Assembly: GCA_028693645.1 (NCBI GenBank)
Contig: JAQUUY010000001.1
Coordinates: 30,318 to 94,317, forward strand
Source: Eubacteriales bacterium
Lineage (GTDB): Bacteria; Bacillota; Clostridia; Peptostreptococcales; Anaerovoracaceae
DNA: 64,000 nucleotides
Direction: 5' to 3'
Under the pieces are notes generated by a model that ran no database searches, was not told the origin of the DNA, and saw only the letters and a list, made by a program, of their open reading frames with translations. Below are positions 57,494-64,000 of this stretch, piece by piece. The number at the start of each line of letters is the position of its first letter. Position 1 is the first letter of the stretch. Both the position numbers and the translations under genes were made by a program.

Positions 57494-59165
57494 TTTCCTC
57501 TGCATTTTTGATTGTGGTTTCCGTAATGTTCATACCGCCCAAGAGGCGCGCGATTTCATTGGTTTTTCCGTTTTGATCAAGGGCCGTAACGCGACTTTCG
57601 GTACGCTCTCCGTGCTCTTCTTTTAAAATTTGATAATGATGGTCAGAAAAAGCAGCAATTTGTGCAAGATGAGTGATGCAAATCACTTGATGCTTGTCGG
57701 AAAGCTGTTTTAATTTTTTGCCAACAACACTTGCCGTCAAACCGCTGATGCCGCTGTCAATTTCATCAAATAGCATCGTCGGAATTCCGGCATAATCACC
57801 AATTACCGACTTGAATGCTAACATGATTCGCGAAATCTCTCCACCGGAAGCAACTTTCACTAAAGGTTTCGGAAATTCTCCTTTGTTAGTAATCAACAAG
57901 AATTCTACGGTATCGATGCCGTTTTCCGTAAAATAAAAAGTTCCGGGCGCAGTCTCTTTGAACTCTACAAACAGCTTTGCATCCTTGAAATGCAATTCTT
58001 CTAATTCTCTTGTAATCTGCGCCTCCATTTTGAGTGAAACTTGTTTTCTTGCTTCGCTTAGAGCAGAAGAAGAAGTTTGGAGTTTTTTTTCTTGCTCCGC
58101 AAGTTTTTCTCGAAGAGTAGCGATTAGCTCATCCGAATTTTCAATATTCGAAAGCTTTTCGATTAGCTCTTCTTTATATTCCAAAACCTTTTCCAAAGAT
58201 CCACCGTATTTTTTCTTCAGATTGCTCAAAAGGTCCAAACGTTGAATGGTTTGGTCAAGATCTTCGGTGGAATAGGACACGGAGTCCTTGGCAGTGCGAA
58301 TCTTTGCGCGCAATTCTTCTAATTTATAAAAACAGTCGGACAGTTCCTCTGAGAAACCTTTTATTTCTTGAGAAAAGGCGGCAGCTTCCTCGATGAGCTG
58401 CAGGGAACGTCCTAATCCATCGATGGCAGAAGGGTTAGATCCTCCTTCAAAGAGGAGCAGGTATGTTTCTGACAGTCTGTTGAAAATCAATTCACTGTTT
58501 TGGATCACGGAAAGTCGGTCACTCAGTTCGGTGTCTTCGTCCGGAATTGGAGCTGCTGCTTGAATTTCAGATAGTTCAAAACGCATAAAATCAGCTTGTC
58601 TGGCATTTTCCGATTGGCTTTTTACCAAGAGGTCAAGCTGCTGTTTTACTTTTGAAAATGATTGATAGTCCTCAGATACACTTGCTTTTAGCGTAGTAAT
58701 CAATGAGCCGCCGAAGGAGTCAAGAAAAACAATGTGTTGTTCGGGATCGAGCAAAGACTGATGGTCGTATTGACCGTGAATGTCGGCAATTTTTTTGCAT
58801 AACTTCGATAGAAAGGAAACAGAAACGAGTGTTCCGTTCAGACGACATGTGTTTCGACCTTCGGACTGAATTTCTCTGGAAATATCCAGTGCAATTTCAC
58901 TTCCCTCAACTTCAAAACCATTTTCTTTGAGCATTAAAAGAACTTCGCTATCACTTGTGACAGCAGAAAGTTCAATGATTGCTTTTTCTTTTCCACTTCG
59001 TACATAGGCGGTATCGGCACGACTGCCAAGGGCAAGACTGATTGCCTCAATCAAGATTGATTTTCCGGCGCCGGTTTCTCCGGTAAAGATATGAAAGCCT
59101 TGATGAAAATCAAGGCTGACAGAATCGATAATAGCAAAATCTTTGATGGATAGACGGGTGAGCAT
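57471..59165 (-). CDS. recN: DNA repair protein RecN
   Basis: SMC-like protein with N-terminal GETGAGKS, coiled coils and a C-terminal signature. I prefer ATG 59165 (RBS GAGGTG) to GTG 59177. Confidence 0.95.
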   Translation of the reverse strand: MLTRLSIKDFAIIDSVSLDFHQGFHIFTGETGAGKSILIEAISLALGSRADTAYVRSGKEKAIIELSAVTSDSEVLLMLKENGFEVEGSEIALDISREIQSEGRNTCRLNGTLVSVSFLSKLCKKIADIHGQYDHQSLLDPEQHIVFLDSFGGSLITTLKASVSEDYQSFSKVKQQLDLLVKSQSENARQADFMRFELSEIQAAAPIPDEDTELSDRLSVIQNSELIFNRLSETYLLLFEGGSNPSAIDGLGRSLQLIEEAAAFSQEIKGFSEELSDCFYKLEELRAKIRTAKDSVSYSTEDLDQTIQRLDLLSNLKKKYGGSLEKVLEYKEELIEKLSNIENSDELIATLREKLAEQEKKLQTSSSALSEARKQVSLKMEAQITRELEELHFKDAKLFVEFKETAPGTFYFTENGIDTVEFLLITNKGEFPKPLVKVASGGEISRIMLAFKSVIGDYAGIPTMLFDEIDSGISGLTASVVGKKLKQLSDKHQVICITHLAQIAAFSDHHYQILKEEHGERTESRVTALDQNGKTNEIARLLGGMNITETTIKNAEEIIAEALK

Positions 59166-59187
59166 AAAACACCTCACTTAAAAAACG

Positions 59188-59637
59188 TTATTTAATCATC
59201 TCCGTGAATTGGTTTACTAAAGCCGGTACGTTTTCGGGATCGTTTGCAACGAGGAAAATGGTATTATCTCCGGCAATCGAACCGATAATGTTGGGAAAGT
59301 TCATACTGTCGATGGCTTCACCGGCTGCATTGGCACAACCCGACAAGGTTTTAATTACAATGATGTTTCCGGAAGCCCCGACGGTCTTGATTGTTTCTTT
59401 GAAAATGGTGATGAATCGATCCGAAAGGGGTTGATCCTGATTAACGCCGACTGTATATTTATATCGTCCACTCGGAGATAAGGTTTTAATCAGTTGCAGC
59501 TCTTTGATATCGCGTGAAATCGTAGCTTGAGTCACTGTGTAACCGCTTTTTTTCAGCAGATCCACAAGTTTGTCCTGTGTTTCAACTTCATAAGTATTGA
59601 TAAGATCCAAAATCTTATTTTGCCTGGAATATCTCAT
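59188..59637 (-). CDS. argR: arginine repressor
   Basis: 149 aa. Winged helix (TQATISRDIKEL) and a C-terminal oligomerisation domain (GTIAGDNTIF-like). The argR-recN order matches B. subtilis ahrC-recN. Confidence 0.95.
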   Translation of the reverse strand: MRYSRQNKILDLINTYEVETQDKLVDLLKKSGYTVTQATISRDIKELQLIKTLSPSGRYKYTVGVNQDQPLSDRFITIFKETIKTVGASGNIIVIKTLSGCANAAGEAIDSMNFPNIIGSIAGDNTIFLVANDPENVPALVNQFTEMIK

Positions 59638-59724
59638 ACTGTCCTCCGAATAGAGTGGGAGTTGTTTTACTCCACTATTATGAATAATTATAACTACTAT
59701 TTTGACATTATAACATACATCATT

Positions 59725-59753
59725 TGGACATAAAAGAGGAAATATGCTATAAT
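59725..59753 (+). promoter_or_regulatory. sigma-A promoter for ruvCAB
   Basis: TGGACA, a 17-nt spacer, then TATAAT. Confidence 0.5.
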
Positions 59754-59831
59754 ATTCATGCTTGTATATTTAATATACACACTCAAAAACATATATATAC
59801 AAATGCCCGCATAATGATAGGAGTAAAAAGC

Positions 59832-60326
59832 ATGAGGATCTTAGGGATCGACCCGGGATATGCGATTATGGGTTATGGTATCGTCGACCTCAAAGGGAAT
59901 CGTTTTTCTGTTTGCGGTTACGGTGCGGTAACGACCGAAGCAAAAGAAGAAATGCCCAGTCGCTTAAAACAGCTCTATTTTGAGCTGATGCAAATACTCG
60001 AGGAGTACAGACCCGATGTTGTCTCCATTGAAGAACTTTTTTTCAATAAAAACACAAAAACAGCTTTGATGGTCGGACAGGCACGCGGCGTAGCAATATT
60101 AGCCTGCGCAAATTCAGGCATTGAAATTTTTGAATATACTCCATTACAAATCAAACAAGGACTTGTCGGTTATGGCAGAGCAGAAAAAATACAGGTACAG
60201 CAAATGGTAAAAACACTGTTGAACCTATCTGAGATTCCAAAACCCGATGATGTGGCGGATGCTCTCGCCGCCGCGATTTGTCATGGACATTCCTCGAATT
60301 ACCATAAGCGTCTTGTTGGGAAATAA
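59832..60326 (+). CDS. ruvC: crossover junction endodeoxyribonuclease RuvC
   Basis: 164 aa from the internal ATG ([11 protein letters not shown]...). The track ORF's upstream extension runs through the promoter region. Confidence 0.93.
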   Translation: MRILGIDPGYAIMGYGIVDLKGNRFSVCGYGAVTTEAKEEMPSRLKQLYFELMQILEEYRPDVVSIEELFFNKNTKTALMVGQARGVAILACANSGIEIFEYTPLQIKQGLVGYGRAEKIQVQQMVKTLLNLSEIPKPDDVADALAAAICHGHSSNYHKRLVGK

Positions 60327-60351
60327 AATATAAGGATAAAAGGAGCAAAAA

Positions 60352-60954
60352 ATGCTGCATTATTTAAAGGGAAGCTTGACGATGACCTTTGAAGGCGGTC
60401 TTGTGGTTGAGGCCGCAGGAGTCGGTTACATGGTCTACGTCCCCGAAAACTCGATTTTATATCAAAAAATAGGCTGTGATGACGTTCTTGTCTATACGGT
60501 GATGATCCTTAGAGAAGACGATGTCAGCCTTTATGGCTTTGCGGACAAAGAATCCCTTGAGATGTTCCAAAAGCTCAAGACGGTAAATGGTGTCGGCGCC
60601 AAAGCGGCGTTAGCTGTCCTTTCTGCAATGCCGCTCGATCAGGTGCAAAAGGCAATCATATTTGAGGATCCAGATACGCTAACTCGTGCGAACGGAATCG
60701 GCAAAAAGACAGCACAAAGAATTGTTCTCGAATTGAAAGAGAAAGTGGGAACTATTGGCGGGTTGCCCGAACAGGCCGGAACCGAATCGGCAGGACCTTC
60801 GTCCAATACAAAGAAAGAAGAAGCTGCAGATGCTCTCGTGAGCTTAGGATACAGCAGAAGTGAGGCAATGACAGCACTTCTTGGAATCGATGCGGAGGGA
60901 CTTTCCGCAGAGGAATATATCAAAAAAGCACTTCGCGGCATCTCGACAAGATAA
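60352..60954 (+). CDS. ruvA: Holliday junction branch migration protein RuvA
   Basis: 200 aa with HhH motifs (VNGVGAKAALAVL, ANGIGKKTAQRI). Confidence 0.95.
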   Translation: MLHYLKGSLTMTFEGGLVVEAAGVGYMVYVPENSILYQKIGCDDVLVYTVMILREDDVSLYGFADKESLEMFQKLKTVNGVGAKAALAVLSAMPLDQVQKAIIFEDPDTLTRANGIGKKTAQRIVLELKEKVGTIGGLPEQAGTESAGPSSNTKKEEAADALVSLGYSRSEAMTALLGIDAEGLSAEEYIKKALRGISTR

Positions 60955-60972
60955 GAAAGAGAGAATAAAGGC

Positions 60973-62001
60973 ATGGAGCTTTCGGAACGTATCACAGAAA
61001 CCGGAATGAAACACGAAGAAGAGGAAATCGAAACATCTCTTCGCCCAAAACACTTTCAGGAGTACATCGGACAAAAAACAGTGACCGATAATTTGAAAGT
61101 ATATATTGAAGCTGCCCGCATGCGAAACGAACCGCTTGATCATGTCTTGTTTTACGGGCCGCCGGGACTTGGAAAAACGACCTTGGCTGGTATTATCGCC
61201 AAGGAACTGGGTGTTGATCTTCGGATTACTTCTGGTCCCGCTATCGAGAGAGCAGGGGATTTGGCAGCAATCCTCACTAATTTGAACGAACATGATGTTC
61301 TCTTTATCGATGAGATTCATCGGCTGAACCGTTCCATCGAGGAAGTTCTCTATTCTGCTATGGAAGATTTCGGTCTTGATCTTATTATAGGGAAAGGCCC
61401 GTCGGCTCGTTCCATTCGAATCGATATTGCAAAATTCACCTTGATTGGTGCCACGACGCGTGCAGGAAGTCTTTCGGCTCCGCTTCGAGATCGCTTTGGG
61501 GTTGTCAGCAAGTTTGAAATGTATACCGTGGACGAACTCGCACGCATCATTCGTCGTTCTGCTGAAATCCTTGCTATCAAAATTGACGAAGAATCTTTGC
61601 TTGAACTTGCGAGAAGATCAAGAGGAACACCTCGTGTGGCAAATCGTTTGCTCAAACGAGTCAGAGATTTTTGCCAAGTCAAGGGTAGCGGTGAAATTGA
61701 TCTTGATATCACGAATAAAACCTTGAGAGCACTTGGAATTGACGAGCGAGGCCTTGAAAGCCTTGACAGAGAAATTCTCACTATGATTATCGAACGCTTT
61801 CACGGCGGTCCGGTTGGGATTGACACGATTGCGGCAGCGATTGGCGAAGAAAGAGTCACGATTGAAGATCTATATGAGCCTTATTTAATTCAGAGCGGTT
61901 TTTTACACAGAACGCAAAAGGGCAGAATGGTTTCCGAGGAAGCGTATTCCCATCTTGGACTTGTCGTTCCCGGGAGTGAGCAACTGAGCCTCGAAAAGTA
62001 A
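60973..62001 (+). CDS. ruvB: Holliday junction branch migration DNA helicase RuvB
   Basis: 342 aa. Walker [12 protein letters not shown] and Walker B LFIDEIH. Confidence 0.98.
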   Translation: MELSERITETGMKHEEEEIETSLRPKHFQEYIGQKTVTDNLKVYIEAARMRNEPLDHVLFYGPPGLGKTTLAGIIAKELGVDLRITSGPAIERAGDLAAILTNLNEHDVLFIDEIHRLNRSIEEVLYSAMEDFGLDLIIGKGPSARSIRIDIAKFTLIGATTRAGSLSAPLRDRFGVVSKFEMYTVDELARIIRRSAEILAIKIDEESLLELARRSRGTPRVANRLLKRVRDFCQVKGSGEIDLDITNKTLRALGIDERGLESLDREILTMIIERFHGGPVGIDTIAAAIGEERVTIEDLYEPYLIQSGFLHRTQKGRMVSEEAYSHLGLVVPGSEQLSLEK

Positions 62002-62036
62002 TCTGAGCAGAATAAAAACATAAGTGAGGACTTATT

Positions 62037-63434
62037 ATGGTGGTTAAGAAGATATTTAATTTAGCCCTTGGCAGAAGGTTGATTTTGTTTTCAACCTTGC
62101 TATTGCTGCTTTTCGGCACAACAAGCTTGGCGTTTGCCTTCACCTTGCCACAACATGTCTCCGTGGGGCTATATTTCTCCGGTACCGCTCTCACTTCTTG
62201 CAGACTCGAATCGAAAGAAGGCTTTTTACTTGGGAATGTGACGGATGAGGGGTTCTCGGGAACACTTCCTTTGCCTGCGTATACCGTCCTGATTGGGACG
62301 GTTGAGCATGACAGCCTAGTTCTGAGAGATGAAGACGGCGTTTTGATTTCTTCTGACATCGGAAGCCGCGGTTGTGTCATGCCGGCTGATTATGAAACGG
62401 GCGGAACGATAAAGATTCAAGAAAAGGAGTACCGTGGCGGAGTCATTTTTAAAGAAAACAGCAGTGATATGCTAACCGTCATCAATTATGTCTCGCTGGA
62501 AGAATATCTTTACGGAGTAGTGCATCTGGAAATGAGTCAGAGCAATCCGCTGGAAGCATTGAAAGCACAAGCAGTAACGGCAAGAAACTTTGCGGCGGCG
62601 AACCTCGAAAAGCATAGTGATTTGGGTTTTGATCTTTGCAATACGACAAATTGCCAGGTTTATGGCGGCTGTGCCGCAGAGTATGATAGTACAAATAAAG
62701 CGGTCGACGAAACTGCCGGATTACTAATTTGGTCAAACAAGGAACCGGTCGCTGTTTACTATCACAAGAACAGCGGAGGGCATACACAAAGTATCGAAGA
62801 TGTATGGTCTTATCCGCAACCACATCTTATTGGCGTAGATGACCCCCATTCGCCGAATTACCCATGGACGGCGACTCTTACTTTTGATACAATAGCACAA
62901 AAGCTTTCTCAGGCCGGATCTGACATCGGGGAGGTCGAATCCTTACAGATTACAGAGAGAAATGCGGCAGGTGCCGTATCAAAACTAACGATTAAAGGAA
63001 GCAAAGGCACAAAAATGCTTGAAAAAGAAAAAATCCGAACGGTCTTTGGCACCACGTTGATTCGGTCGAGGATGTTTGATTTTGGCAGCACTTATCAGGG
63101 AACGGCTCTGACGGTCTCGCTTAACCTCAAAGGCCTAACTACCCAGAAAGCAGCAGGAGATACCATCTATGTGATGGGAGCTTCCGGCAAAGCGACAGCA
63201 CTCTCAAAAAGCTCTCTTTATGTTAGCAACGGTATCACGAAGATTGCAAGCGGAGAGCAAGCAAATGTAAATGCAGATACTGAAATAGAAACGTCGGGAA
63301 CGGTCGTTATTTCGGGTCTTGGATACGGACATGGAGTTGGTATGTCACAAGATGGCGCGATTCAAATGGCCAAAGACGGTTTTGCTTTTGACGATATTTT
63401 AGAATTTTATTTTACTGATATCGAAATACGATAA
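62037..63434 (+). CDS. SpoIID/LytB domain-containing protein
   Basis: 465 aa with an N-terminal signal/TM helix. Contains VTARNFA, CNTTNCQVY and YHKNSGGHT, typical of the SpoIID amidase-enhancer domain. Confidence 0.85.
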   Translation: MVVKKIFNLALGRRLILFSTLLLLLFGTTSLAFAFTLPQHVSVGLYFSGTALTSCRLESKEGFLLGNVTDEGFSGTLPLPAYTVLIGTVEHDSLVLRDEDGVLISSDIGSRGCVMPADYETGGTIKIQEKEYRGGVIFKENSSDMLTVINYVSLEEYLYGVVHLEMSQSNPLEALKAQAVTARNFAAANLEKHSDLGFDLCNTTNCQVYGGCAAEYDSTNKAVDETAGLLIWSNKEPVAVYYHKNSGGHTQSIEDVWSYPQPHLIGVDDPHSPNYPWTATLTFDTIAQKLSQAGSDIGEVESLQITERNAAGAVSKLTIKGSKGTKMLEKEKIRTVFGTTLIRSRMFDFGSTYQGTALTVSLNLKGLTTQKAAGDTIYVMGASGKATALSKSSLYVSNGITKIASGEQANVNADTEIETSGTVVISGLGYGHGVGMSQDGAIQMAKDGFAFDDILEFYFTDIEIR

Positions 63435-63451
63435 AATATAAGAGGAATTAA

Positions 63452-64000
63452 TGCACATCAACGATTTTAATTATCATTTGCCGGAAGAACTGATTGCACA
63501 GTATCCTTCTGACCAAAGAGATCATTCGAGACTGCTTGTTGTAGATCGAAAAACAGGAAAGACAGAACACAGACATTTTTATGATATCTTGGAGTATTTG
63601 CATGAGGGTGATTGCCTTGTGATGAACAACTCCAAAGTACTTCCGGCTCGTCTGTTCGGAGTCAAAGCCATGACGGGAGCGAAGATCGAATTTTTATTGA
63701 TCAAAAGGAAGGACGGCGATATCTGGGAATCCATGGTAAAGCCCGGCAAGAAACTAAAGCCGGGAGACCGTGTCGTTTTTTCCGAGACTCCGCCGCTTTC
63801 GGCGGAGATTTTGGATTTTGGAGAAGAAGGAACGCGTATGGTTCGCTTTGATTATGACAAGTCGAACGCTTCTTTTCTTGAACTCCTTGATCAACTGGGG
63901 ACGATGCCGCTTCCTCCTTACATCAATCGCAGCAGTGAGGAAGAAGATAAAAAAAGATATCAAACGGTCTATAATGACAGCGCCAAAGAAGGCTCTGTCG
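63452..64000 (+). CDS. queA: tRNA preQ1(34) S-adenosylmethionine ribosyltransferase-isomerase (N-terminal part, runs off the window)
   Basis: My translation: MHINDFNYHLPEELIAQYPSDQRDHSRLLVV...PLPPYI. RBS AAGAGGA. Open to base 64000. Absent from the ORF track because there is no stop in the window. Confidence 0.93.

Noticed and set aside
61856-62380. 174-aa minus-strand ORF spanning the ruvB/spoIID-like junction.
   Set aside because: It overlaps two well-supported + strand genes and their intergenic RBS. No start context.
1-64000. Scan for CRISPR arrays, rRNA/tRNA genes, IS elements, prophage genes, toxin-antitoxin pairs and known riboswitches (TPP before thiN, T-box before glyQS).
   Set aside because: I saw no spaced repeat arrays, no cloverleaf-like or rRNA-like segments and no transposase-like ORFs. 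The thiN and glyQS leaders (16 and 65 nt) are too short for a riboswitch or T-box.

Overview
This is a chromosomal segment from a low-to-mid GC Firmicute that looks Clostridia-like, almost fully coding and mostly on the + strand. About 75% is core housekeeping in the order known from Bacillus and Clostridium: rpsT, lepA-hemW, hrcA-grpE-dnaK-dnaJ-prmA-rsmE-mtaB, rpsU-yqeY, phoH-ybeY-cdd-era-recO, glyQS, then rarA, ispH/rpsA, aroK, argR-recN, ruvCAB and queA. The left end carries a histidine-utilisation operon (hutH-hutU-formimidoyltransferase-hutI-cyclodeaminase), an Rh-type ammonium channel, a ZIP metal transporter, deoD and an acyl-CoA ligase. ppdK and pyc sit mid-window. I saw no rRNA, tRNA, CRISPR array, transposase or integrase. 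Two accessory blocks stand out. The first (43.1-50.9 kb) is a nine-gene, translationally coupled Tad/Flp-like pilus operon: TadZ-like, CpaF, TadB, TadC, Flp pilin and three TadE/TadG-like pseudopilins. It has no prepilin peptidase, a TadC with a roughly 200-aa external insertion, and a pseudopilin fused to two H-C-C-C zinc modules. The second (51.5-53.5 kb) is an uncharacterised three-gene module. It pairs a Cys-containing protein whose two Asp-rich motifs resemble squalene/phytoene synthases with a J-domain protein ending in a six-Cys 'cysteine string', followed by a polytopic membrane protein. An unlisted 55-aa four-Cys zinc-ribbon gene lies between the two blocks. All functional calls come from motif recognition by eye; no database search was run.
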